Origin: Schmidtea polychroa
Taxonomy: Eukaryota
Length of the DNA stretch: 64,000 bases
Direction: 5' to 3'
Assembly: GCA_044892525.1 (NCBI GenBank)
Contig: CM097886.1
Span: 40,300,001-40,364,000, forward strand
Positions 27,748 through 42,890 of the stretch are shown here, piece after piece. Below the pieces are notes generated by a model that ran no database searches, was not told the origin of the DNA, and worked only from the letters and a program-made list of their open reading frames with translations. Position 1 is the stretch's first letter. Each line of letters starts with the position of its first letter. The position numbers were made by a program, and so were the translations under genes.

Positions 27748-28958
27748 TTTGGAGGACTCCGTGCCTCTAAAAGTTTGAGAACCGCTGTTGTAATTGATGT
27801 GATTTTTATTTAGAAATAATTAAGTTACCATAGCAATTCCCATTAAATTCACTTAAGAAAAAACATGAGAATGTGATAAAATTAAACCAATTTAACACAA
27901 ATCAGATAAACAAACCTGTTCAGAGTCAATTGTGTACAAAATTTTAAAATTGTAAAACCATCCAGTTGAAAAAAAATTAGAAGTTTGAAGGATGCGGTTC
28001 AAAGAGATATGAAACAATTTTTATGAAAGGTCTATAAATCAAATATCTTTATGTTAATAATGAAAAGATCAATAATGGGTAAACTTTAGATATGGACAAT
28101 TTATCTTAGTAACCTTATAAAATAAAATTTATAAAAGTCATCGTGTTTTCAATTGTGATGGACCATGAAGATACAATAAAACCGTTTTTTTAATAATGGC
28201 AAAGTATAATGCAAACAAATAATAAATTTTCAAGATAACATTATAAAAAGAAATAGAGCAAAGAAGTTCAGATTAAAAATGACATAATATGTACGAATAA
28301 GGTCAAGAATTCCACAAGATACGCTAAAATCATCGAAAGTAGCAATTTCGTATTCAAAAATAACTTCGATATGCAATAGAAAATTAAGAAAACTCTGCAA
28401 TTGAAAGTTGTAAAGTAATAAAACGAAAGGAAATCCACTTAAGTTACAGATGTAATATTAACAACAATAAGCAAATAATACGAAGATATTACTTGGTTAT
28501 TAAGTGAATATCATTCTAACACCCAAAGTTGCTCCACGATATTTGTGGAAAGAACTCCAAAGTCAATATCATAAACAAAACGGGGGATTTATGCTATCTG
28601 ATACATTTAGACTCGGTTATTAAGCATTACCAATTACTAGTTCTACTTTGCAGTTTCCATGACAACTGCGACAATTAACCAGCCAATCAATTAATAGTAT
28701 TCGTGTATGTAAATTTGCAATTAGTATTAACGTTTTAATTTTCAAATTGGCACGCGATTAATTCTAGCTCATGGAGAACTTTTGTCAAGTTAGAAAGAAA
28801 CCAGGATTATAATAAAAGGTACAATTAAATTAAATTTTACAATTTAATATTTCAATACGAATATTAAGTTTTATCTTTCATGGCCTCTTTAGAAAAGTGA
28901 ATTGGCCACAATTATTAAAATTCATATTTATATCATGTACTATACTGCTATAAAAGAA

Positions 28959-29765
28959 TTAATCAGTTTTAGTTTCTCGTTTTCTTTCTTTGCCCCTTCT
29001 TATTGCTTCCTGAAAAAGTGCCAACCAAAGCCTAATTGTGCATATGGAATCATCATTTCCTGGAATAGGATATGTGATAAGTCGTGGGTCACAGTTAGAA
29101 TCAACAATTCCAACTGTTGGGATTAATAATTTAGCAGAATGTCTAACAGCTGCATGCTGTAGAAATACAGAATTAAGGCAGTGAAGGAAAATAACACAAT
29201 CTGGCAATCTGGTTACAACACCATATACAGTTTCTGAATCGGTAAAATGGCCACCAATCCAAGGTCTGCAATGTGAATATTCACCACATTCTTTGGCGAC
29301 TCTCTCAACTAATGGAATAGTCTATAAAAAGATAATACTGAATAACAATTAATTATGCTACTTGAAAATGTCTCGAAATAAACAAAATTATACCTCCACG
29401 ATATGAAACGTGGGCGATAAAATTCAATGCTTCACCCAATAACTTATATGTTTTGTTTAAATCAAAAATATCAATTCCTTGTCTATTTCCGAATAGATAA
29501 GGAACCATATAAGGATCTCTCACAGATTCTTTATGGCCAAGATGTACTCGATAAGTAAATAAATCTTCAACAGTGCATAAACTTCTCACTCCAAAGTAAT
29601 CATAAGTACTTAATGGATCTACTTGCTCTAAATTAGTTTAACAATAAATGCGAATAATATAAAAGTACCACAAGATTGAGTAATCTCAGAATGTAAAATA
29701 GCTTTAAACGATTTTATAACATTTTGTTTGTAAAAAAATAAATTGCTAAACTTTTGACGCAGCAT
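28959..29765 (-). CDS. MRPS2: Mitochondrial ribosomal protein S2 (uS2m), exons 29765-29669, 29627-29362, 29321-28959
   Basis: Spliced frame MLRQKFSNLF...DPLSTYDYFGV...LFTYRVHLGHK...YLFGNRQGIDIFDL...GEYSHCRPWIGG...PDCVIFLH...IPTVGIVDSNCDPRLITYPIPGNDDS. Confidence 0.93.
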
Positions 29766-30044
29766 AACTAAAATAATTTCAATAAAAATTTCATGAATAT
29801 AATAATTTTTTAATGAATATACAGTTGCTCAAATTTTCAGTATATATTATTTAAAAATCTTTATTAAATTAATAGCAATTATTAAAACAATTCTAAAATA
29901 TCGATAACTTCTGGTAACAATTTAACATTCTAAATATATTGGTGTTTTTGAAATGATTTATCCCTAAGTTTTCAATTTTTTCCTAAGTAATTTTATCCTA
30001 AAATATTATTATTAATTTTAAATTTCATTTTTACATTATATATA

Positions 30045-30247
30045 CCGTATATACTCACGTATAAGTCGAGTAAATTTTAAGAGGTTTTTAAGACCTAAAT
30101 TAGAAACCCACGTATAAGTCGAAATAACAAAAATAAAAAAAGGTTTAATGATTTCATTAAAAATTAATTTGTAAGTTTTTTGACCCGCGTATATGTCGAA
30201 GTGGCTATTTTGACTTGAAAATTTAATGTAAATTTCTCGACTTATAT
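30045..30247. mobile_element. Tc1/mariner/pogo-type MITE, right TIR truncated into (TA)n
   Basis: TA-CCGTATATACTCACGTATAAGTCGAG on the left; CTCGACTTATA followed by TA repeats on the right. Confidence 0.6.
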
Positions 30248-30467
30248 ATATATATATATATATATAACATTGCACAGGTATTTTTTTAAATGTGACTTGT
30301 GTTGTGACCGAAAGAAGTTCCTTGGAAATAAATCATTTGACTTTATGGAATTTGTAATTGCATAATTAAATTTGTTTTAATATGCAGATTTTGTGATAAA
30401 ATTAGAATTTAAAAAAACGTTGTGATTTCCTTGTGTCAATAAAACTTCAAGCTATCGCGGCTATATC

Positions 30468-31161
30468 ATGGACAAGATGATACCTATTTTCAATGGAGAA
30501 GGTGACGTTCAACAGTGGATTCAGAAAATCAAGCTAGTGGCAAAAATTCAAAGAATCGTGGAGTTGGAATCAATAATTCCTTTATATCTAGATGGACCAG
30601 CTTTTGCAGTGTATCAGCATTTGAGCACAGAAGACAAAGGCAACGCATTGAAGATCGAACACTCCTTAATCGATGTCTATTCGATCGATATGTTCCAAGC
30701 TTATGACCGATTACGTGAACGAAAGTGGTGCAATAAGCCAGTAGATGTCTATTTGAATGATCTCAAAAACTTAGCATCTCTGGCCAAGAAAGATAACGAA
30801 ATCATAATTAAAAGCGCATTCATAATGGGTTTGCCAGCAGTGTCATCACAACAGTTACGATCCAATGCCAATATTCAGCAGATGTCTCTTGTTGAGGTAT
30901 TGAAAACAGTCTCGTGTCTTAGTAAACTGTGACAATATGGAACTGTGTTCGGCTGTCGTGGGAAAAAAAGACAAGAAAAAGAAATGCTCGTATTGCGGAA
31001 AGAATGGCCATCTAGAAGAACGTTGTTTCAAGAAACAAGGAAAGAAGTGTTGGCTATGTGCAGAAGAGGGCCACATTGCAAAGGGGTGTACCAGGAATTC
31101 AGAGTCGGGAAATGCCAAAGGAGTAGCGCGTGCGCCAGCGTCTACTCTAGCACGAATATAA
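30468..31161 (+). pseudogene. Gypsy gag with two CCHC zinc knuckles; one frameshift at ~30910
   Basis: IPIFNGEGDVQQWIQK...; CSYCGKNGHLEERC and CWLCAEEGHIAKGC lie in the +1 frame after the lesion. Confidence 0.85.
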
Positions 31162-33919
31162 TGGCGCTGCAGTTTATTTCAGTCATAATCAATAGGTTGT
31201 CCGTGAAAGCATTGATCGACTCGGGATGTTCCAAATCAGTTGTGTCAGCCAGAATTGCGAAGAAAAAATTTATACGGAATGGGAGTATCATGACTGCGGA
31301 TGGATCACTAATCAAGTGTATGCGTGATGTGAAAGTTCAGCTGATCGTTGGTGGTAGTTTATTCAATGTTAATCGTGTTTCGTTGATGAAACTACTACTT
31401 AATGTTGAAATGATTATAGGAATGGACGTAATAGGGATGCTGGGAGGTCTTAAAATTGACAAGACCGGTGTATCTTTTCCAGGTATTGCAAACGTATCGT
31501 GCATGACTGAGAATCAGTTAAATGAGAATTTGCAAATTGAAGATGGTGATTTTTCGGCAGCATTCAGTGACGGCAAGTGGACGGTGAAGTGGAAATGAAA
31601 AGCAGAACCAGGGTTGCAGCACAAGTTTGACACGGAGGTTGAACGGTGGATTCAAGAAGGATGGCTAATTCCAACGAAAGACGTTGTGTATGGAAAAATT
31701 CCGTTATTGGCAGTAGAGCAAGCAAACAAAGGAAAAGTTCGTCCAGTAATGGATTTTCGAGAACAAAATAAATATGTTAGTAGCCATACTGGACAAAGTG
31801 ATGTATGTGGCGAATCATTAAGGCGATGGCGAATGATGGGCGAACAGGTAATGTTAATTGATCTTAAAAATGCTTATCTTCAGATACATGTTGATGAAGA
31901 CCTATGGGAGCACCAAAGGGTTAGTTACAAAGGGAACGGATACTTTCTAACGAGACTCGGTTTTGGTTTAAATGTGGCTCCGAAAATAATGTCAACAATA
32001 TTACGGAAGGTACTGAGTTTAAGAGAAGATATCAGGAAAGCAACAGATAGTTATATTGATGACATTATTGTCAACCAGTCGAAAATAAACGTCAATGAAG
32101 TAATAGGCCATTTAGCAGCATACGAGCTAATTACAAAGCCACCGGAAGAGTTTGATGATGCAAGAGTGCTAGGTCTCCAGCTTCAAACAAGTATTAACGG
32201 TCGTACGTGGCATCGTGGAAACATTTTGCCACACAGTGCGTTTACAACTATGTCAAGAAGGGAGTTATTTTCCCTCTGCGGTCAACTTGTTTGGCACTAT
32301 CCCGTTGCTGGATGTTTAAGAATAGGAAGTAACTATATAAAACGACACAGTGCTGGAATTAAGTGGGATGATACGATTGGAAAAATCGCGTTAAAAATGG
32401 TTAACGAAATGATGTATCGTGTGAAAGAGAGCGATCCCGTGACTGGTGAGTGGCATGCAAACAAGGACGGATCTACGATTGTCTGGTGCGATGCGAGCAA
32501 TCTGCCATTAGGAGTTGCTTTAGAAATATCAGGAAAAATCGTCGAAGATGCATCATGGATGAGGAAGAAAAACGATTTTTCTCATATAAACCTTGCAGAG
32601 TTAGACGCTGTGATAAAGGGAATTAACTTAGCCATCAGCTGGGAAAGAAGCAACTTAGTTGTAGTAAGAGATTCCGCTACCGTCAGGAGTTGGATAGATT
32701 CAGTTTTAACGGATACTGCCAGAATCCGAACTCATGGAATTGCTGAGATGCTAGTCCGAAGACGTCTGCAGATCATTTGTGAATTACGAAAAAGCTATGA
32801 CTTAACGATCTCGGTTGAGTTAGTCCCGACAGATAAAAACAGAGCAGATGCACTCACAAGAGTCAGTAATAAATGGCTGACATGGGTTAAATCGTGTCTC
32901 GAACCAACTGCAAGCACCGTTGCTGTTGTGAACCAAGTGTTACGAGAAAGTCATAGACAACACCATTTCGGTGCCAAGAAGACGTTGGATTTTGCAAAGC
33001 AACTTTGCCCGGACGTTACACTTGGGGATGTAAAGGCTATAATTAGTGAATGTTCAGAATGTCAATCTATCGACCCGGCGCCTGTAAAATGGGAGCATGG
33101 AGAGTTAAGCGTTAAGGAGACGTGGAAGAGACTGGCTATGGATGTTACACACTATCTAAGTAAGCTTTATTTAACTATGATTGATTGTGGACCGGGTCGT
33201 TTTGCTCTGTGGAGAGAAATAAGAGGTGAAGACGCGGAGACCATTACACGGAATCTTGAACAGATCTTTAGAGAACGAGGTTCCCCTGATGAGTTGTTGA
33301 TTGATAATGCGACATCATTTCGGTCGACACAAATGAAAGTACTGTGTCGCAAATGGAGTGTAAAATGTGTGTTTCGATGTGCTTATCGGCCATCAGGAAA
33401 CGGCATAATAGAACGGAACCATCGTACAATTAAACGCATGGCAGCAAGAACCAACAAGGGAATATTGGAAATGGTATATTGGTATAACCTAGCACCCAAT
33501 GACAAGTGCGGAACGCCGCCGTCTTCATCAGTGTTTTCATATTGCTGGAAAGGATTTGGCGCTTGTTATACAAAAGAGAAGACACAGCACACGCGTTCCA
33601 AGTTGGCGATGCAGTTTACGTTAAACCACCAAATGCGAAGTGCACATCGACATGGGGTGAAGGGATTGTAACGAAGGTAAATTCATCGACTAATTTCGAC
33701 ATCAACAGGATTCCGCGACACTATTCCGACATACGACCGGCTGTCAAAGAAGCGTCAGTGGAGAACAACGACAATGATGGATTAACAGACGTAGACAATC
33801 CTATACTCAACTCACTTCGCCGAGATGAACGTAGAGGCAGGACGAAAAGACCTCGTTATCTTGATGATTTTGAAACCAGTTTTATCGAGAACGAAGATGA
33901 AAATCACGCGGAGATGTAA
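31107..33919 (+). pseudogene. Gypsy pol (protease, RT, RNase H, integrase); in-frame TGA at 31596 and a frameshift near the integrase C-terminus
   Basis: LIDSGCS (PR); RPVMDFR, DLKNAYLQI, LGFGLNVAP, YIDDI (RT); WCDAS, AELDA, RADAL (RNase H); HRQHH..CSEC, MDVT, IDNAT, IERNHRTIK (IN). Confidence 0.92.
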
Positions 33920-34769
33920 TTGCATAATTAAATTTGTTTTAATATGCAGATTTTGTGATAAAAATAGAATTTAAAAAAAACGTTGTGATTTCCTTGTGTC
34001 AATAAAACTTCAGAATTCAATAAATTTTCATTATGGATTGGTGAAAATTGTTTTTTGGGGTTAGGTTCAATTCAAATGACGCTGTTACCACTATTGAGTT
34101 ATGATAGATTAAAACCTAAATATTAACTTCACAATTATACTTTCATGAAAACGCGTAATTCAAAAAACCCAAATGATATCTATTTTTGGATATAGTTGGT
34201 ACTTTACCAACTAGTTTAGAGGCTGAACATAAATATTTCCATAGATATAGGTTCAAGTTCTAATCATCATAATGCTAATAAGAATATTTTATACTATAAA
34301 GTACTCTATTAAAGCGTTACTCAAAGATGCAGTTTCAAAAAGCTGTACAGATTTAATACCTGATATAGAATACTTTTTAAATGCGAAAGTTCAGAAAACT
34401 ACTGGAAAATTAGGAACAAAAATTAATAGATCGCAATGGTAACGTAATAATGAAATATTTAGAAAAAAGATTATGCGAAGACTAGAGGCAAAAAGACAGA
34501 AAGCAAAAGAAATAGGCACAGTTAGGAGTCTAGAAAAAAATACAGAAAGTATTGGTGAAAAAAGAAATTAGAAATAAAGATCACTAATGATAAGAAGGAC
34601 TATTTGCAGTAATCAAACGAAATCATGAAAGAAACTTCTTATTGATTGATAAAAACGAAAGAACTATAACAAAACATATTGATAAAACATTTTAATGGAA
34701 ATGTATATGAGGAGTTCCAAAACTGTGCCGAAAATTCGTGAATATAAAAGTAACATCGATATCCATACT

Positions 34770-36686
34770 AGTAGTATATAGTGAGGACTCCAGGACACTT
34801 TCAAAGTCATCCCAACGTCCAGATCAAATATAGGTCAATCGAATAATTTTATTTATTTATTTATTTTTTTTTAATTTATTTAATTACTTCCATTTAATTT
34901 TTTTTTTAAACTTATTAATTAATTATTTTATTATATTTTTTGTTTTAATTAATTACTTTAATTAATTTTCAATTTATTACATTTAATTAATTAATTATTT
35001 ATTAATATTTTATTTTATTATACTTACGTTATTTAATTCATTTTTTTTTTAATTTTAATTTTTTATTTATTTATTTATTTATTTACCTTTTTTTATTTAT
35101 TATTATTATTATTATTTTTTTTTATTGTTATTATTTTACATTTACATTTAATATATTCTAACAAGAGTGTAAATCGTAAAAAATAATATTTCAATTTGAA
35201 TAAAATTTTAATTAGTAATTATCATAAAATAAAGCTGTGTTAATTTAAAATAAAATGGGCATTGATTTTTCAAAACAAAGCAAAGTTTTTCATGATAAAT
35301 AATAATTCTTACTTAAAACTAATTATCTAAATTAATTGGACAAATGAATTATTAAATGATAAAACATATTTTAATTAACGAAGTCAAATAATTCACAATA
35401 TATATTTTATTATTCACATAAATTTAATTGTTAAAGTGCTTGTTTCGATTTGCATTCGTTTCTAGACATAGCAGTTGCAATATGCATTTGAAGAATCTTA
35501 TAGTGACCGTAGGCATAGCTTTCATTAGAATTGAACCAATACCTTTTATCATCCAAACATTGGAGAGCTCGTTTTTCTGTCATGAAAGTATACAACTGAT
35601 GATTGACACTTCCTATTCTTTTTTGTGGGATGCTCACTGTTCCACCATCAGTATACACTTTTTTATAGGCTTCATGTGTAAGATTAGAGTTTGTAAGTCT
35701 TATTCCTTTGGCTTTTAGAGTGTTTTTATCGCCTTGGAGTGAGTAGCACTTTGGTCGAAGAAACACCCATTCTTTATATTGATTTCCTTTATTCTCATCC
35801 TTAACTTTCCCGATTACAGAACAAATTTTATCAGAGAACAACGGATCGGTCACTGGATAATTTGAAGTATCTAGGAGCCCATCTTCAATCATTTTTGGAT
35901 ATAGTTGTAAGCGTAAATCTACATTTTTACACTCTAAAAAGAAGGAATCTGTGTCACCAGCTACGATATTAATTTGACAATTGAATTCTTCTCTATAACT
36001 CTGTAGTTCTTTATATTGAAATTGGTACATGCGAAGTTTGGATAAATCAAGTACGGTTTGTCCAATATACATTGGTCTATCTAAACACACAATTTCCTTA
36101 TTGAGTATAACAGCAATGAGATCATCCGCAATCTTGATGCTACGACGAAACATAGGATGACTACAATAAGTTATCAATCTTTTGCTTTTGTTGCATAATC
36201 TCAAATTTATACGTTTCTTCAAGTTTTCCACAGTTTTACCGTATAAACTGTTGTTCTTTAACTTATAATAATCTCGCTGAAACGAATCCGTACTAGCTGC
36301 TTTCATTTTGGTATTGTAATCAATATATCCTTTGAAAATAGCCACTTGTTTGAATTCTACAGCACGATTAATTTTTGTGACTTTTGCGCCGTAACTCAAC
36401 CACTCTGTCAAAACTCTACCATTAACTACATAGTTTTTCTTAGGCTCATGAGTTAACAACAGCTTTTCAGCTTTACTACCAGGCGGATACCAAAGCTCAG
36501 GAGCTATAGGTAAATCATCTAGTTTATCTTGTATACTATCAGGAATGACGATGTCAACCTCTAGAACATATCCACGATCTCCATCAAACTCATCCCCATT
36601 TGCACATCTTTCAACAATACCATTCATTTCAGTCTGATCATTTATCCATCTAAATTCATCAACAGGAAGTTTTTGCGACAGCGCCC

Positions 36687-36688
<2 letters not shown>
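34770..36688. repeat. Outer left arm: inverted copy of 46345-48264
   Basis: Near-identical reverse complement, 1919 vs 1920 bp, including the 3' half of polB. Confidence 0.95.
35431..36687 (-). pseudogene. 5'-truncated duplicate of pPolB (starts right after motif A)
   Basis: Matches the C-terminal ~400 aa of 45248-47602 except PGSKAEKL vs PGSKVEKM; lacks the exonuclease domain and DVNNLYG. Confidence 0.92.
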
Positions 36689-38940
<2,252 letters not shown>

Positions 38941-38942
<2 letters not shown>

Positions 38943-40712
38943 CCGTTCACTAAAAGAAAATAATCATTAATATTAGATAGAGAATAAAAAATTATTCACT
39001 TATATAAGTTAAATTAAAAGTTTAAATGACAAACATTTGAAAAGTTACTGCTTATATATTACACATGATTAAATTCTGACCAATCAAAATCAAGGAAGGG
39101 TTAGGAAAAATAAATGCATTACGTTGCAGTATTTTAAAACTTCAATATATTTTAAAACACATTTTGACGCTAAAGTTGACTTATTTAACATTTTCATAAT
39201 AATTTAATAAAAATAATGTGATGAACCCACAAAGTAATATCATTTTTCAAAAAATTGCAAAACAGTAATAACGTTTTCATAAAATTGTAAAAAAGTAATA
39301 ACATATTTCAGATAAATTTTTAACAGTTCTAAAATATTTAAGCAAATTGTAACAAGATTAGAAAATATTACAACAAAGTAGTAACATATTTCAGAAAATT
39401 TCAACAAAGTTGTAAAATATTTATCAAATTGTAACTAAAATAATAAAAATATTGCAACGAAGTAATAAAATAATGATGTTAATTGGGACAAATCAATACA
39501 TTATTTCGAAGACGGACAACAAATTAAAAAGAATATTGTAATAAATTGTGAAGTCTTTCAGTAAATTACAACAAAGTAATAACATATTTCGGAAATATTT
39601 CACCAGATGTAAAATATTTAAGCAAATTGTTATAAGATTATAAAAATATTGCAACAAAGTAATAAAATAATACAACATTTTAAACTCTAGATCAATCCAT
39701 TTTATAGAAAATTAAATTTTATCTCTATAATATATGAATAAATATCCAAGGAAATTACGTTAACGTATAATAAATACAAATTTATCGTAAAAACATGTGT
39801 GTATTACACACAAAACAAGATACATAATTTATAATCAATCCATTTTATAGAAAATTAAATTTTATCTACATATTATACGAATAAAATCCTAAGAAAATTA
39901 CGTTAAATGTATGAAAAATACAAATTTATCGTAAAAACATGTGTGTATTATACACAACATACGAGACGTAATTTTTAATCAAGCTATTTTATAGAAAATT
40001 AAATTTTATCTATATAATATATGAATAAATATCCAAGGAAATTACGTTAACCGCGCGAAAAATACAAATTTATCGTAAAAACGTGTGTGTATTACACACA
40101 AAGCGACAAACTAAAATTTTAATTGAGCCATTTTGTAGAGAATTAAATGCTGCCTATACATGGTTACACTTAAATCCCAATCGGATAAAGAGAAAAGAGA
40201 CAAAGGGGTGAAAAAGAGAGAGAACAAACAGTAGAGTAGGGTAATGTGTGGACCCGGGTGAAACCTTTGCATAGATCTCTTCAAGACCTTTCGAATGATG
40301 TGAATAAAATATAATTAAATTTTAAAATACCGCAACGTAATATATTTAATTATTAAAATACCGCAATGTAATATATTTAATAATTAAAATACCGCAACAT
40401 AACATATTTAATAATTAAAATACCGCAACGTAATATATTTAATAATTAAAATACCGCAACGTAACATATCTAATAATTAAAATACCGCAACGTAACATAT
40501 TTAATAATTAAAATACCGCAACGTAATATATTTAATAAATTAAATACCGCAACGTAATATATTTAATAATTAAAATACCACAACGTAATATATTTAATAA
40601 TTAAAATACCGCAACGTAATATGTTTAATAATTAAAATACCTCAACGTAATATATTTAATAATTAAAATACCGCAACGTTATATATTTAATTATTAAAAT
40701 ACCGCAACGTAA
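38941..40712. repeat. Inner left arm: inverted copy of ~40861-43686
   Basis: Reverse-complement match, with differences in tandem-repeat copy number. Confidence 0.93.
39691..40140. repeat. 143-144-bp tandem repeat, ~3 units
   Basis: Unit anchor atcaatccattttatagaaaatt recurs at 39691, 39834, 39978 and 40122. Confidence 0.88.
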
Positions 40713-41829
40713 TTTCTTTTTTAATTTTTAAATTTTTAAAATTTTTTAAAATTTTTAAATGTATTACTTTGCGGTTTTTTGATTATTAATTTTTTTTTAA
40801 TCTTATTTTAATTTTTTAAATTTTTTTTTAAAATTTTAAAATTTTTTCAAAATTTTTTTTATTACGTTGCAGTATTTTATTTATTAAATATATTACGTTG
40901 TGGTATTTTATTTAATAATTATGTTACGTTGCGGTATTTTAATTATTAAATATATTACGTTGCGGTATTTTAATTATTAAATATATTACGTTGCGGTATT
41001 TTAATTATTAAATATGTTACGTTGCGGTATTTTAATTATTAATTTTTTTTTAATTTTTAATTATTTTTTTAAATTTTAAAATTTTTTTTTATTTTAAAAT
41101 TTTTAAAAAAAATTTTTTATTACGTTGCGGTATTTTAGTTATTAAATATATTACGTTGCGGTATTTTAATTATTAAATATATTACGTTGCGGTATTTTAA
41201 TTATTAAATATANNNNNNNNNNNNNNNNNNNNNNNNNNNNNNNNNNNNNNNNNNNNNNNNNNNNNNNNNNNNNNNNNNNNNNNNNNNNNNNNNNNNNNNN
41301 NNNNNNNNNNNNNNNNNNNNNNNNNNNNNNNNNNNNNNNNNNNNNNNNNNNNNNNNNNNNNNNNNNNNNNNNNNNNNNNNNNNNNNNNNNNNNNNNNNNN
41401 NNNNNNNNNNNNNNNNNNNNNNNNNNNNNNNNNNNNNNNNNNNNNNNNNNNNNNNNNNNNNNNNNTTTATTACGTTGCCGTATTTTAATTATTAAATATA
41501 TTACGTTGCGGTATTTTAATTATTAAATATATTACGTTGCGGTATTTTAATTATTAAATATATTACGTTGCGGTATTCTAATTATTAAATATATTACGTT
41601 GCGGTATTTTAATTATTAAATATGTTACGTTGCGGTATTTTAATTATTAAATATGTTACGTTGCGGTATTTTAATTATTAAATATATTACGTTGCGGTAT
41701 TTTAATTATTAAATATGTTACGTTGCGGTATTTTAATTATTAAATATATTACATTGCGGTATTTTAATAATTAAATATATTACGTTGCGGTATTTTAATA
41801 ATTAAATATATTACGTTGCGGTATTTTAA
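40324..41829. repeat. 31-bp satellite (AAAATACCGCAACGTAATATATTTAATAATT) that flips orientation at ~40712-40861
   Basis: About 13 forward units 40324-40712, then reverse units 40861-41212 and 41471-41829 across the N-gap. Confidence 0.93.
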
Positions 41830-42019
41830 AATTTAATTATATTTTATTCACATCATTCGAAAGGTCTTGAAGAGATCTATGCAAAGGTTTCACCCGGGTC
41901 CACACATTACCCTACTCTACTGTTTGTTCTCTCTCTTTTTCACCCCTTTGTCTCTTTTCTCTTTATCCGAATGGGATTTAAGTGTAACCATGTATAGGCA
42001 GAATTTAATTCTCTACAAA

Positions 42020-42890
42020 ATGGCTCAATTAAAATTTTAGTTTGTCGCTTTGTGTGTAATACACACACGTTTTTACGATAAATTTGTATTTTTCGCGCGG
42101 TTAACGTAATTTCCTTGGATATTTATTCATATATTATATAGATAAAATTTAATTTTCTATAAAATAGCTTGATTAAAAATTACGTCTCGTATGTTGTGTA
42201 TAATACACACACGTTTTTACGATAAATTTGTATTTTTCATACATTTAACGTAATTTTCTTAGGATTTTATTCGTATAATATGTAGATAAAATTTAATTTT
42301 CTATAAAATGGATTGATTATAAATTATGTATCTTGTTTTGTGTGTAATACACACATGTTTTTACGATAAATTTGTATTTTTCATACATTTAACGTAATTT
42401 TCTTAGGATTTTATTCGTATAATATGTAGATAAAATTTAATTTTCTATAAAATGGATTGATTATAAATTATGTATCTTGTTTTGTGTGTAATACACACAT
42501 GTTTTTACGATAAATTTGTATTTATTATACGTTAACGTAATTTCCTTGGATATTTATTCATATATTATAGAGATAAAATTTAATTTTCTATAAAATGGAT
42601 TGATTAGAAATTATGTATCTTGTTTTGTGTGTAATACACACATGTTTTTACGATAAATTTGTATTTATTATACGTTAACGTAATTTCCTTGGATATTTAT
42701 TCATATATTATAGAGATAAAATTTAATTTCCTATAAAATGGATTGATTAGAAATTATGTATCTTGTTTTGTGTGTAATACACACATGTTTTTACGATAAA
42801 TTTGTATTTATTATACGTTAACGTAATTTCCTTGGATATTTATTCATATATTATAGAGATAAAATTTAATTTTCTATAAAATGGATTGAT
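42020..42890. repeat. 143-144-bp tandem repeat, ~6 units, inverse orientation
   Basis: Anchor atggattga at 42308, 42452, 42595, 42738 and 42881, plus diverged units near 42020 and 42165. Confidence 0.88.

Larger units (their letters stand above)
24049..27787. mobile_element. hAT (Buster-type) MITE of ~330 bp split by a nested hAT element
   Basis: TIR CAGGGTTTCTCA / revcomp CAGCGGTTCTCA; TSD GTGTAATT / TTGTAATT (7 of 8 match). Confidence 0.75.
30353..34012 (+). mobile_element. Ty3/Gypsy LTR retrotransposon, full structure, 3660 bp
   Basis: LTRs 30353-30449 and 33915-34012 (TG...CA; one substitution and one extra A); 5-bp TSD GAATT; domain order gag-PR-RT-RNaseH-IN. Confidence 0.95.

Noticed and set aside
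31596-31598. TGA between protease and RT as programmed readthrough
   Set aside because: The context WTVKWK* fits a TGG-to-TGA mutation next to a small deletion in a copy with other lesions.
40324-41829. 31-bp repeats as a CRISPR-like array
   Set aside because: Head-to-tail units with no unique spacers, in eukaryotic context, with no cas genes.
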